Positions 8,533-18,135 of a stretch of 64,000 nt of DNA are shown here, one piece after another. Numbering within the stretch: position 1 is the stretch's first letter; each line of letters opens with the position of its first letter. The stretch lies in the IMG/VR virus record IMGVR_UViG_3300043466_002831, positions 57,364 through 121,363 of that record. One strand, given 5' to 3'. This DNA is from a virus. Taxonomy: Duplodnaviria > Heunggongvirae > Uroviricota > Caudoviricetes. The notes below the pieces were generated by a model that did no database searches, had not been told where the DNA came from, and saw only the letters and a program-made list of their open reading frames with translations. A program made the translations under genes and the position numbers.

Positions 8533-10752
8533 ATGAGATTATTAACTATTTTATTTTTGACCCTATTAACGTCAATAGGGTATACACAGTATTGCCCTGC
8601 ATTAGGTCCTGACCAATTACTTCCATGTGGTGTTGGTACAACAACATTAACCGCTGACCTATCCCAATGTGGTGGAGGTGGGGCAAACCCAAATCAAACA
8701 ACAAACTACGGTGTAACTAATATACCTTACGTTGCTCAAACAAACACAGGAACAAATTTGTTTATGACGGATGACTCCCAACAAGGGCCGTTCAGTATTG
8801 GATTTAACTTCTGTTTCTTTGGTACGACATACACTCAATTCTATGTTGGCTCTAACGGGTGGATTTCATTCGGAGCGGGACAACCAACAACCTTTACGTC
8901 TCAACCAATCCCAACAGGTAATGGTTTGGTACCTAAAAATTGTATCATGGGTCCTTGGCAAGATTGGCATCCTGGTCTTGGAGGTCAAATAAAATACCAA
9001 GTTCAAGGAGTTGCACCATGTAGAAAACTTGTAGTTAGTTGGATTAACATGCCGATGTTTTCATGTACAGGTAATCAAGGTACATTCCATATTGTAATAT
9101 ATGAATCGTCTAACTATATTGAGAATTATATTCAAAATAAACCTGCGTGTTTGCAGTGGCAAGGTGGGACTGCGACACAAGGAATTCATAATTCATTAGG
9201 TACTATTGGTATTGCGGTTGCTGGTAGAAACTCAACTGCGTGGACAGCAACAAACGATGCGTACAGATGGACACCAAGTGGTCCTGTAGTTACACCAACA
9301 TTAACTTGGTATCAGGTAGGTAATCCAACTCCAATAGGAACGGGACCAACAATTACGGTGACACCACCTGCGGCAGGAGCACAATATACTTGTAAATTTG
9401 TTTATCCTATTTGTAACGCGGGATGGTCAAATTGTAATTTAAGTACAGGTAACTTAGGACCCGATACGGTCTTTGTTGTGCCAGGTCCACCAAACTTACC
9501 ACCACCAATTGTTACGACATTCAACCCAAATTGTGAGGGTAGTTGTGATGGTGCAATCAATGTGGTTTCAAATGGAGGAACAGGTGTAAGTACCATTTCT
9601 TGGAATGGACAACCACCATTATTTACATTAACCAACTTATGTTCGGGAATTTATTCATTTACTATTGTGGATGCGGCAGGTTGTAATGTTTCAGGTACGG
9701 CAACTTTAGTTAATCCACCACCTGTAATCGCAAATCCAATCATTGCGTCAGATACGGTATGTTATCAGTCAAACAATATGGTATATACTACAACTGATTT
9801 AGGTGTGGGATATACATATCAATGGTCATCTGTTGGTAATATTGTGTCAGGTCAAGGGAATGATACGGTTGTTGTTGATTGGTCAGTATTACCTGCGGGG
9901 TTTATACCAAATGCTGTTGACATGATTGCCGTCAGTCCAAATGGATGTTTAAGTTTCCCCGTATCGTTTGACATCACAATATTCAATGTACTTCCTGTGA
10001 TAACACCTGTTGGACCATTCTGTTCTAACGATGAGTTCACTACGTTAAATGCAACACCAATAGGCGGAGTATTCAGTGGAACAGGGGTAATGGGTAATGA
10101 CTTTTATCCGTCTAATGCGGACACATTAAACAATATTATCACCTACACCTATACTCAAAGTGGATGTATCTTTGATACCACTACGGACATCATAGTATAT
10201 GAGCAACCAATCTTATCTCAAATCACTCCATACAACGAGTTCTTTGAAGTTTGTGACGGTGATTCAATACCAAGTATATATAGTGTAACTTCAACCGTTC
10301 TTGGTGGATATAATGAATGGACATTATTGGGTAACACAACTGAGTCGGATAACTTTAACATTGCTTGGGATGCATTTGGAACATTTGTATTATCAGTTGT
10401 AAGTTATGTTAATGGATGTGCATCACCACAACAACAAACAACAATCACAATTGCTCAATGTCCTCAAGAATTATTATACATTCCAAATTCATTTACACCT
10501 GATGGTAATGAGTTTAATAATACATGGAGACCCATAATTACTTCAGGGTTTGATAACACAGAATACCGAATGACGTTATATAATAGATGGGGTGAAATTA
10601 TATGGGAATCTCAAGACATCAACGAAGGATGGGATGGAACTTATAATAATAGTATAGTTCCTGTTGGTTCATATGTTTGGACGGTACAACTCAAGGCGTT
10701 AAAGACCGATTATAGACAGATATTGTCAGGTAGTTTGAATGTTTTAAAATAA
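8533..10752 (+). CDS. large secreted surface protein with T9SS type-B (gliding-motility-associated) C-terminal sorting domain
   Basis: Signal peptide MRLLTILFLTLLTSIGYTQ. C-terminus YIPNSFTPDGNEFNNTWRPI...YRMTLYNRWGEIIWESQDINEGWDG...GSYVWTV fits the T9SS type-B C-terminal domain pattern. Terminator follows. Confidence 0.7.
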   Translation: MRLLTILFLTLLTSIGYTQYCPALGPDQLLPCGVGTTTLTADLSQCGGGGANPNQTTNYGVTNIPYVAQTNTGTNLFMTDDSQQGPFSIGFNFCFFGTTYTQFYVGSNGWISFGAGQPTTFTSQPIPTGNGLVPKNCIMGPWQDWHPGLGGQIKYQVQGVAPCRKLVVSWINMPMFSCTGNQGTFHIVIYESSNYIENYIQNKPACLQWQGGTATQGIHNSLGTIGIAVAGRNSTAWTATNDAYRWTPSGPVVTPTLTWYQVGNPTPIGTGPTITVTPPAAGAQYTCKFVYPICNAGWSNCNLSTGNLGPDTVFVVPGPPNLPPPIVTTFNPNCEGSCDGAINVVSNGGTGVSTISWNGQPPLFTLTNLCSGIYSFTIVDAAGCNVSGTATLVNPPPVIANPIIASDTVCYQSNNMVYTTTDLGVGYTYQWSSVGNIVSGQGNDTVVVDWSVLPAGFIPNAVDMIAVSPNGCLSFPVSFDITIFNVLPVITPVGPFCSNDEFTTLNATPIGGVFSGTGVMGNDFYPSNADTLNNIITYTYTQSGCIFDTTTDIIVYEQPILSQITPYNEFFEVCDGDSIPSIYSVTSTVLGGYNEWTLLGNTTESDNFNIAWDAFGTFVLSVVSYVNGCASPQQQTTITIAQCPQELLYIPNSFTPDGNEFNNTWRPIITSGFDNTEYRMTLYNRWGEIIWESQDINEGWDGTYNNSIVPVGSYVWTVQLKALKTDYRQILSGSLNVLK

Positions 10753-10758
10753 TCTTAA

Positions 10759-10787
10759 CCCTCACAGAAATGTGGGGGTTTTTATTT
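10759..10787 (+). terminator. rho-independent terminator
   Basis: CCCTCACA-GAAA-TGTGGGGG followed by TTTTT. Confidence 0.75.
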
Positions 10788-10793
10788 AGTAAA

Positions 10794-10805
10794 GTATTTA
10801 TTAAT
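10794..10805 (+). promoter_or_regulatory. conserved upstream motif GTATTTATTAAT abutting ATG
   Basis: Identical 17-mer AAGTATTTATTAATATG also occurs at 18119-18135 and 34354-34370, each directly after a terminator. Confidence 0.5.
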
Positions 10806-11120
10806 ATGAACTTACGAGAAGACATAGAAAGAATTCAAGAGGTAATGGGTATTGAGGTATCAAATCTATTCAAACGAAAAATGCATATTGTTGACCGACT
10901 AATATATACTTTGATTGAAGATTCAATGTATCCATGTGATTATGATAATGAGGAAGAGTTTTATGAGGGAGTTATTTATGAACTCAGTTGGTTAGTTAAA
11001 AACAAGGACTTTGGTTTAGATGATGTTGAATGGTTAGATATCTATGATTACATAACAAATTTCAAAGAAGAAGAACTCAAAGGTTATTATAAAGAACGTT
11101 GTGGTGACAAAGATGTTTAA
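10806..11120 (+). CDS. NTM family protein (MNLxE variant)
   Basis: Real start is the ATG at 10806 (MNLREDIERIQEVMG). The track start 10770 lies inside the upstream terminator hairpin. Conserved GTATTTATTAAT motif immediately upstream. Confidence 0.65.
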   Translation: MNLREDIERIQEVMGIEVSNLFKRKMHIVDRLIYTLIEDSMYPCDYDNEEEFYEGVIYELSWLVKNKDFGLDDVEWLDIYDYITNFKEEELKGYYKERCGDKDV

Positions 11121-11176
11121 GAACGAAAATATCGACCTTAAAAAATGTTTGTTGTTTATCAAAATTATACTTAACT

Positions 11177-11431
11177 TTGTACACTATGGGAAAGATAATA
11201 TTAGAATTTGATTCATTTGAAGAAAAAGTTGAGGCAAACGATGCACTCAACGGTACTAAGTGGAGACTCGCAATGTGGGACTTAGACCAAGTATTACGTT
11301 CTGTGGTAAGGAACGATGTCAGTATGTTTGGTAATTACGAAGCATCTGAAGAGGAATACAAAATTGCCGAAAAAATCAGGGAAGAGATGAGAAAGATTTT
11401 GAATCAGGCTAATCTTGATTTAGAAGATTAA
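11177..11431 (+). CDS. hypothetical protein
   Basis: 84-aa ORF. Confidence 0.5.
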   Translation: MYTMGKIILEFDSFEEKVEANDALNGTKWRLAMWDLDQVLRSVVRNDVSMFGNYEASEEEYKIAEKIREEMRKILNQANLDLED

Positions 11432-11444
11432 AGTATTTAATACT

Positions 11445-13205
11445 ATGAAGATTATTGTCACCAAGGAACAGCATAATATTATTAAGGAGGCGTTAGGTGT
11501 TCCTGATTCAATTTTAGATGCTGCGGAAGAACTATATGATGTATTTGCGGATAACTTAAAGAGCATTACAGATAAAGAATCATCTTATGAATTTAGAGAT
11601 GATATTGATGTGGTATTGGGTGACAAGAAGAAGATTACAATTGATGGATATACTTTAGAGGTTGAAATTGAAGAAGTTGATGATTTCCACGAAAGAGTTA
11701 CTCCTGATAGAAACGTAACAATATCTTCAATGGGTATGTCACAACAATTTAGATTTAACCGTGACACCATGATGAAAGAAATACAACCATCAACAAGTGC
11801 TGGATTCAATATTGTTTATTATGCTTCACCTGAATGGGAACCTCAAGATTTGTATGATGAATTCATTAGAGAGAAAAGTAAAAGTATTGGTTCTTTAGCC
11901 CATGAATTAAAACACAAATACGATAAACAAGCCAAACGAATTGATTTAATTGGTAAAGACGCTGAATATAGTGCGGTAGATAAACTACCATCGTTTCACG
12001 TCCCTGAGGTTGATGACCAATTTGTTCGTTATTTGTATTTTACAGATGGAACTGAGGATTTAGTTAGAACAACAGAGGTTGCTTCCAACATGAGAAGTGA
12101 AGGTATTAGTAAATCTCAATTTAGAGAATTCTTACAAAACAATAAAACCTTTAAAACTTTGGTCGATATTAAAAACTTTACCTTTGAAAAATTAATCAAA
12201 GGGATTTACAATAATCTTGACACAGTTGATAAAATCTTTGATGCTATTGATGTGGATACTGATGGAATGTCTGATAAAGATAAGGTGGAAAAGTTCTTGA
12301 AAATAATTTATGTCAATCTTTCCAATATGAAATTGCGTACATTTGAAGATTATGTTGGTAGTAGTGAAAATATGTTCGCACAATTTCTTAGAGCGATGGG
12401 ACAACTAGGTATTGCCGATGATGAAGAAGAGATTAAACTTAACAAGATTAAAACAAAATTTCAAAATCACGTTTTAAAATATAGAGATAATCCAATACAA
12501 TTCTTTAAGAGTGAAATAGACCGATTCCATAGAGTTTCAGACCAAGCAATGAAAAGAATAAGTAAACTATATGCGATGGCAAAAGACGATACAGAAATGA
12601 CAGAATCGATTATTGATTGGGAACTTCACAGACAACTGATGGAGAAGAAACACGGGAAACGACCAATAGAAACTAATTTTAAATTTATTAGTGAAGATAG
12701 AGAATCCAAAATTGAAAACATCAGACAATTAATAAAAGACCCTAACCAATTTGAAACAATGGTTAAAGTAATGGGTATTGAAAATATAATTAAAATTGCT
12801 TATGATGGCGACATAATTAAGTTCAGTGAAGACACAACTACTCCACTTGCTTATATGTCTACAGACAGAATGAATTTATATATACATAAGGCGTTAGTTG
12901 ATGAACTTGGACTAAAAGACATAGGGTGGGCTGGTCGTAATGAAAAAGAATTAGGTAAATTCGCATATGGTTCCAAGAATGGTCTGAGATACGCATTCAA
13001 CGCTACATTAGCTCCAACAAGACTTCCAAGACTTCATAACCAAAACTATTATAGAGTTGTTGGAACAAGTGGTGATTCAGGATTTGGTTATAGTTTTATT
13101 AATAAAAAAAACATATTAGGTGTAAGATATAGGCAACAAATCTTCAAACAGATAATTGACAAATACGATTTATCAAAATACATGAATGTGAAAACTTTTT
13201 ATTAA
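11445..13205 (+). CDS. NTM family protein, large (586 aa)
   Basis: N-terminus MKIIVTKEQHNIIKEALG. Terminator follows. Confidence 0.65.
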   Translation: MKIIVTKEQHNIIKEALGVPDSILDAAEELYDVFADNLKSITDKESSYEFRDDIDVVLGDKKKITIDGYTLEVEIEEVDDFHERVTPDRNVTISSMGMSQQFRFNRDTMMKEIQPSTSAGFNIVYYASPEWEPQDLYDEFIREKSKSIGSLAHELKHKYDKQAKRIDLIGKDAEYSAVDKLPSFHVPEVDDQFVRYLYFTDGTEDLVRTTEVASNMRSEGISKSQFREFLQNNKTFKTLVDIKNFTFEKLIKGIYNNLDTVDKIFDAIDVDTDGMSDKDKVEKFLKIIYVNLSNMKLRTFEDYVGSSENMFAQFLRAMGQLGIADDEEEIKLNKIKTKFQNHVLKYRDNPIQFFKSEIDRFHRVSDQAMKRISKLYAMAKDDTEMTESIIDWELHRQLMEKKHGKRPIETNFKFISEDRESKIENIRQLIKDPNQFETMVKVMGIENIIKIAYDGDIIKFSEDTTTPLAYMSTDRMNLYIHKALVDELGLKDIGWAGRNEKELGKFAYGSKNGLRYAFNATLAPTRLPRLHNQNYYRVVGTSGDSGFGYSFINKKNILGVRYRQQIFKQIIDKYDLSKYMNVKTFY

Positions 13206-13210
13206 CCAAA

Positions 13211-13237
13211 CCCTCACATAAAGTGGGGGTTTTTTTG
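13211..13237 (+). terminator. rho-independent terminator
   Basis: CCCTCAC-ATAAA-GTGGGGG followed by TTTTTTT. Confidence 0.75.
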
Positions 13238-13245
13238 TATATTTG
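13238..13245 (+). promoter_or_regulatory. Bacteroidota-type -7 promoter box TATATTTG, 4 nt upstream of ATG
   Basis: Matches the TAnnTTTG consensus; its spacing to the ATG implies a leaderless transcript. Confidence 0.55.
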
Positions 13246-13249
13246 TAGT

Positions 13250-13528
13250 ATGAAGAAACTACTTAAACACATAATCATACTTGCAATCGTTAGAAATGAG
13301 AGAAAGGCTCAGATGATTATCGATATCCTATACGACCAAACAACAACAATAACCAAAGACAATAAGGTTGTTGTGATGAAAGGTGAGACTAAAAATGTTA
13401 TGACACCACCGAACAACAAAAGACAAGAAGTTTTGGACGCCATTCAGTTCCTCAAGAATAAAGAAACAAAGACCAAAGCTGACCGAGAAAAGATTCAAAT
13501 GTTGGAAGTGGTTCTTAAAACCGTATAA
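13250..13528 (+). CDS. hypothetical small protein
   Basis: ATG at 13250 is preceded by TATATTTG-N4. The track start lies within the upstream terminator T-run. Confidence 0.5.
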   Translation: MKKLLKHIIILAIVRNERKAQMIIDILYDQTTTITKDNKVVVMKGETKNVMTPPNNKRQEVLDAIQFLKNKETKTKADREKIQMLEVVLKTV

Positions 13529-13537
13529 TGGTTTTTA

Positions 13538-14038
13538 CTAAGATAACTCGTTGTGATATGGAAATGCATATTGAAAAGATTCTGTATAATCTTCATTATT
13601 TGCCATTCTCTGAACCATATCAAAATCAGACATAGCTCTGTTGTAGAAATCTTTACCTCGTGATACAATCTCAGACCTCAAGTCACCCCAACTATCATCA
13701 CCAACATTATAAATGTCATCACCCCATTTTTTCTCAAGAGCTTCTATTTTTGAATAGAAGCATGTTTTAAGTGCGAGAAGTACATCTGAATCTATACCAC
13801 AATAACGATTTAGATTCAAGAATATATTTCTTATCCTTTGATAATCATTATCTGATGGATAGTCCACAAAATCAATAACTTGCCAAAAGAATTTGTCCAT
13901 ATGAACTGCGTACCATTTTTCGTCTCTAATTTTAACATTATCATCAGGTAGTTTGAAATCCTTAAACAACGGAAGACAGGTAATAAAGTCTTCGGTCTCT
14001 TCTTTTAATACTTTTCTGATGGATTCTTTTAGGTTCAT
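13538..14038 (-). CDS. NTM family protein (MNLKESIR variant)
   Basis: N-terminus MNLKESIRKVLKEE on the minus strand. Confidence 0.65.
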   Translation of the reverse strand: MNLKESIRKVLKEETEDFITCLPLFKDFKLPDDNVKIRDEKWYAVHMDKFFWQVIDFVDYPSDNDYQRIRNIFLNLNRYCGIDSDVLLALKTCFYSKIEALEKKWGDDIYNVGDDSWGDLRSEIVSRGKDFYNRAMSDFDMVQRMANNEDYTESFQYAFPYHNELS

Positions 14039-14107
14039 ATATGATAAATACTATAATAAATAAAAAAGGGGGTTGGGGGATTTGATGCCAGCCACACAAC
14101 GACAGAT

Positions 14108-14638
14108 TTACTGTTCTTCCTCAACAGGTTCGGTATACTTAACACGAACAGGTGCGACAAATGACATATCGAAGTTCTCCAACTCCAATTTCATTTCTTC
14201 TATTTCTTCTTTAGAATAGAATGGTGCGAAGTACGGTCGTTGGTTAAACGGAACATTATCACGGTTATCCCAAACCCTCCAAGCTTCCTCATATTCGGGT
14301 ATTGTTCTTACCAAACGATTGTGAGACAACCATTTTTCATGGTCCTCAACGGTGGGAACATACATAACATCACCATAGTTATCAATGTCGCCCAAATTAG
14401 GATTGTTAGAAACCACATCGACAATCCCTTCATCACCATTGTATTGGTAACACAAATCCTGAAGAGTGTAGGTATTGTAGATATAATTCTCTTTCCAATT
14501 ACGACCATAAGAGCGAACATTACAGAGATAGAAATACCCATCCTTATAATTGTGAATGCGACAATCAATTTCGTCTCGCATTTTAACAAGTTCCTTTATT
14601 GTAAATTCCTCCTTCGTCATAATAAAGCAAAGATACAA
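14108..14638 (-). CDS. hypothetical protein
   Basis: 176-aa minus ORF with protein-like composition. Overlapping plus and minus ORFs 14240-14662 and 14308-14589 are low-complexity. Confidence 0.55.
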   Translation of the reverse strand: MYLCFIMTKEEFTIKELVKMRDEIDCRIHNYKDGYFYLCNVRSYGRNWKENYIYNTYTLQDLCYQYNGDEGIVDVVSNNPNLGDIDNYGDVMYVPTVEDHEKWLSHNRLVRTIPEYEEAWRVWDNRDNVPFNQRPYFAPFYSKEEIEEMKLELENFDMSFVAPVRVKYTEPVEEEQ

Positions 14639-14658
14639 AAATATCTTAATACTACAAT

Positions 14659-15036
14659 TTAATTTATGGGAATTGTTAAGTTGTCAAAAATGGTAACGGA
14701 ATCAATGTCGGGGTAGAATAAGAATTTAATTCTACTTTCATCAGCATCAGGAATAATAGATTTAATCATGGATGAGGTTTCCCTCAGCATATAACTATTC
14801 ATTTTAACATCAACTCTATTGTCCATGAGTTCACAGAAATGTGATGGGGAAACATATATGGAAATACGTAACTCAAGATTAAAATCCCTATCTTTAGAAT
14901 ACCTACGAACTCTAACAGGTTCAACCTCCGATACGTTAATAATAAATGGGAACATCTTCCTCATATATTTGTCCAACATTTTAGTTTCGGTTTCCATATG
15001 GATAATGATAATGATAAAATATATAACATCCAACAT
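14659..15036 (-). CDS. hypothetical protein
   Basis: Minus ORF; the true start may be the internal METETK. Confidence 0.45.
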   Translation of the reverse strand: MLDVIYFIIIIIHMETETKMLDKYMRKMFPFIINVSEVEPVRVRRYSKDRDFNLELRISIYVSPSHFCELMDNRVDVKMNSYMLRETSSMIKSIIPDADESRIKFLFYPDIDSVTIFDNLTIPIN

Positions 15037-15076
15037 CCTATTGATTTTACGGTAAATAAGTTTTAAGTTTGTAGGA

Positions 15077-15469
15077 ATGGAACATCAGTCATCAAATCAA
15101 TCACGGTCAAGAAACGGAAACGATTTCGAGAAGGTATTCACCGAAAGGACGGGGATTACCAAGATGAAGAAGAAGGACAAACCAAGTTTCATTAACTCTC
15201 ACGGAATACACCAATTAATTGATTTTGACTTCGCCACAGAGATTAACGGTACCAAAGTATATATAGATGTCACAACAACATATAGAAGTGACAGACAGAA
15301 ACAAAAAGCATACAACGCATTAATGATGAAGAATGAAGTGAATGTGAACTGTAAGTTCTACATGGTAATCAAATCATTAGTGGAGAACGGTAAACCAAAG
15401 ACCGTAAACTTATTAGAGGGAATGGATGGGGTGATGGAGATAAATGATTTTATTAGCTTAATTAAATAG
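15077..15469 (+). CDS. hypothetical protein
   Basis: 130-aa ORF. Confidence 0.5.
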   Translation: MEHQSSNQSRSRNGNDFEKVFTERTGITKMKKKDKPSFINSHGIHQLIDFDFATEINGTKVYIDVTTTYRSDRQKQKAYNALMMKNEVNVNCKFYMVIKSLVENGKPKTVNLLEGMDGVMEINDFISLIK

Positions 15470-15751
15470 ATGGAACCAATATATAGAGTTGTTAGACATA
15501 AATTATATGAAAAGTGTAATTTGAAATATGAGTATTTTACCATACAAAAACAGGTAAATGTTTTGTGGTTTAAATGGTGGAGAACTATTAGTGGAACAGA
15601 TTCTCATCATGAATATTCCAGTACATATAACATAACATTTGATAATGAATCGGATGCTATATCAGCAATAAAGAAATTACAAAACGGAAACATACCTGAA
15701 GGGTGGGTATCGGAAGTATCAACAATATTAGATTTTAACAAGAAAACATAA
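15470..15751 (+). CDS. hypothetical protein
   Basis: 93-aa ORF. Confidence 0.45.
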   Translation: MEPIYRVVRHKLYEKCNLKYEYFTIQKQVNVLWFKWWRTISGTDSHHEYSSTYNITFDNESDAISAIKKLQNGNIPEGWVSEVSTILDFNKKT

Positions 15752-16389
15752 TGGCATTTTTAAACGCAAACTTACCAATAATAAACTGTTTAATAAGGAA
15801 CGAATTTTTATTTAACCATAAAAAAGGAATTGGTGAGTTCACACCATGTGATGTTCATTCGGTGGCATCAATTCAAGGTAGGACACCTTTATTTGAGGCG
15901 TTCTTGGAAAACGGAGTTAATTGGACAAGAAGACCAATACATGCATTTGTATGGAAAGAAGATGCTGAAGTATTAGATTTAACTGAATACATCTATTGGG
16001 ATTGTTTTAGTCCTTACATTGACGTAAAAGTTAGGGAGAGACTATCGGGGTTAAGAGCAGATTTAATATCCATCACAGGGGTTAAAAGACAGGGGACATA
16101 TCTATTCACGCTTGATTGGTCTCACGAAAATAGAAACAATCTTGATTTGGGGTTTTCTGAAACACCTGAACACAAATGTGGGCACGTATTTAAAATGGAT
16201 AATGGGAATTATTTTATATATCCTAACAACAGGATAATTTGGTTTGATAGAGCTTGGACATTTAATAGGATAGATAAGAATCCTGGATACGAAATAGATT
16301 TGAATATTTATTCGGTGGAGAATAAAACATATCACTCAACTGATTATTCATATATGACAGAATTTACAAAAGAACAAGATAATGATTAG
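15751..16389 (+). CDS. hypothetical protein
   Basis: 212-aa ORF. Confidence 0.5.
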   Translation: MAFLNANLPIINCLIRNEFLFNHKKGIGEFTPCDVHSVASIQGRTPLFEAFLENGVNWTRRPIHAFVWKEDAEVLDLTEYIYWDCFSPYIDVKVRERLSGLRADLISITGVKRQGTYLFTLDWSHENRNNLDLGFSETPEHKCGHVFKMDNGNYFIYPNNRIIWFDRAWTFNRIDKNPGYEIDLNIYSVENKTYHSTDYSYMTEFTKEQDND

Positions 16390-16699
16390 TTTAGAAACAT
16401 ATAAGGAGTTAGAAGAGAACGGTGTGTATATTCATTACATTCCTGAACATTATAATGATGGTACCAATCTAAACTTTTCAATAGAGTTTCGTAAATACAA
16501 AACTCAAACAGGATGGTATAATGACAACCACGAGTTTGGGGATGTATTAGATACAATGACTTCATCCATATTATTAGCCAAGTGGTATTTGGAAAATCCG
16601 AGAAGAATAGAACTAATCAATGGTAGTATTACTGACCCTGAGCATTATCAGTACGGTGAAGACCTTATGGAGTTTTTAAATCCTATTTTTAAGGTTTGA
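16382..16699 (+). CDS. hypothetical protein
   Basis: 105-aa ORF. Confidence 0.45.
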   Translation: MISLETYKELEENGVYIHYIPEHYNDGTNLNFSIEFRKYKTQTGWYNDNHEFGDVLDTMTSSILLAKWYLENPRRIELINGSITDPEHYQYGEDLMEFLNPIFKV

Positions 16700-16731
16700 G
16701 AAAACTCGGTTAGGAAGGAGAGAAAGACCTT

Positions 16732-18087
16732 ATGGATAAACGTCATTACAATAGATGGTCTGATGAAGACTTAAAAAAAGAAGCGTTAAAGTATTCAACA
16801 TTATCGGATTTCAAAAATAACGCTAGTTCACAGTATAGGCAATCTTTAAAAAGGGGTAAAGAATTTTTTGATAACATAACATCTCACATAACAAGAAAAT
16901 GTGCGAATCTTTCTAAAAATGAATTAAAACAAATTGCTTTGAGATATGAATATAAAGGAGAATTTCAAAAATATGATAAAGCGGCATATCTTTCGGCGTT
17001 AAGAAGAGGACGTGAATTTTTTAACGACATTACTTCTCACATGAAAAATAAGTTAAATTATTGGACTGATGAGATTTTAAGAAATGAAGTACTTAAATAC
17101 CAAACGAAACTTGAATTCAAAAAAAACAATTTTAAAGCGTATCAGGCTGCAATGTCTAAAGGTAAAAATTTTTGGTATGATGTAACATCTCATATGGATA
17201 ATAGTCATTTTACAAGATGGACCAAAGAATTATTAACACAAGAAGCTTTGAAACATAATACTTTAACTGATTTTAAGCAAAAAAGTAAAGGTGCTCATAG
17301 TGCTGCAAAAAAAATAGGTATCGATTTCTTTAATTTAATAACTTCACATATGCCACAACCTAAAAGGTGGACCTACGAAGAATTAAAAAATGAAGCCTTG
17401 AAATATACCACAAAGTCAGACTTCCGAAAAAACAATAGGAATGCATATCAAGTTTCAAAAGAAAGAAAGATATTAAATGATATTTGTACACACATGGAAA
17501 AAATAGGTAGCAAATACTCAAGAATTATTTATACGTATGAATTTTCCGATAATAGTGTTTACGTAGGATTGACCTACAAACCATCTCAAAGACATAGTGA
17601 CCACATGAGCAAAAAAAATTCTGCGGTTTTCCTTTATATGGAAAAAACAGGGTTAGTACCTATAAAAAAAATAATGACCGATTTTTTAAATAAAGATGAT
17701 GCATCTGAGATGGAAACTGAAATACTGAACAAATACCGTAATGAAGGATGGAAAATTTTAAATCGTACTAAAACTGGAGGGTTGGGTGGATTTACAAGAC
17801 GTTGGACACCCGAAAACATAGAAAAAGAAGCACTTAAGTATGATACACTAACTGAATTTTATAAAAATTCACGCGCAGTAACTGTCGCCGCCAAAAAAAT
17901 AGGTGAAGACTTTTATAAAAAAATTATTTCTCATATGAAACGAACTACAGTTTGGACCGAAGAACTTTTAAGAGAAGAATCCCAAAATTATAAAACTAGA
18001 ACTCATTTTGCAAGGGGAAGTACGAGCGCATATTATACTTCTAAAAAGAGAGGATTATTAGATAAGTTTTTTCCGAGAAAGAAATGA
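16732..18087 (+). CDS. GIY-YIG homing-endonuclease-like protein embedded in seven ~48-aa tandem repeat modules
   Basis: GIY-YIG core IYTYEFSDNSVYVGLTYKPSQRHSDH...N. Seven repeats of the pattern W(T/S)xEEL(K/R)xEALKYxT(K/L)xxFxKNxxxAYxxxxK(R/K)GxxFFxxITSHM, five before and two after the nuclease core. Confidence 0.7.
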   Translation: MDKRHYNRWSDEDLKKEALKYSTLSDFKNNASSQYRQSLKRGKEFFDNITSHITRKCANLSKNELKQIALRYEYKGEFQKYDKAAYLSALRRGREFFNDITSHMKNKLNYWTDEILRNEVLKYQTKLEFKKNNFKAYQAAMSKGKNFWYDVTSHMDNSHFTRWTKELLTQEALKHNTLTDFKQKSKGAHSAAKKIGIDFFNLITSHMPQPKRWTYEELKNEALKYTTKSDFRKNNRNAYQVSKERKILNDICTHMEKIGSKYSRIIYTYEFSDNSVYVGLTYKPSQRHSDHMSKKNSAVFLYMEKTGLVPIKKIMTDFLNKDDASEMETEILNKYRNEGWKILNRTKTGGLGGFTRRWTPENIEKEALKYDTLTEFYKNSRAVTVAAKKIGEDFYKKIISHMKRTTVWTEELLREESQNYKTRTHFARGSTSAYYTSKKRGLLDKFFPRKK

Positions 18088-18116
18088 CCATCACTATAAT
18101 GGTGGGGGTTTTTCAT
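18088..18116 (+). terminator. terminator-like hairpin (degenerate copy)
   Basis: CCATCACTATAATGGTGGGGG followed by TTTTT. Confidence 0.5.
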
Positions 18117-18135
18117 TATTAAAGTATTTATTAAT

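Noticed and set aside
14240-14662. 140-aa plus ORF and 93-aa minus ORF overlapping 14108-14638
   Set aside because: Ile/Asn-rich low-complexity translations typical of the antisense or alternative frame of an AT-rich real gene. The 176-aa minus-strand frame has protein-like composition.
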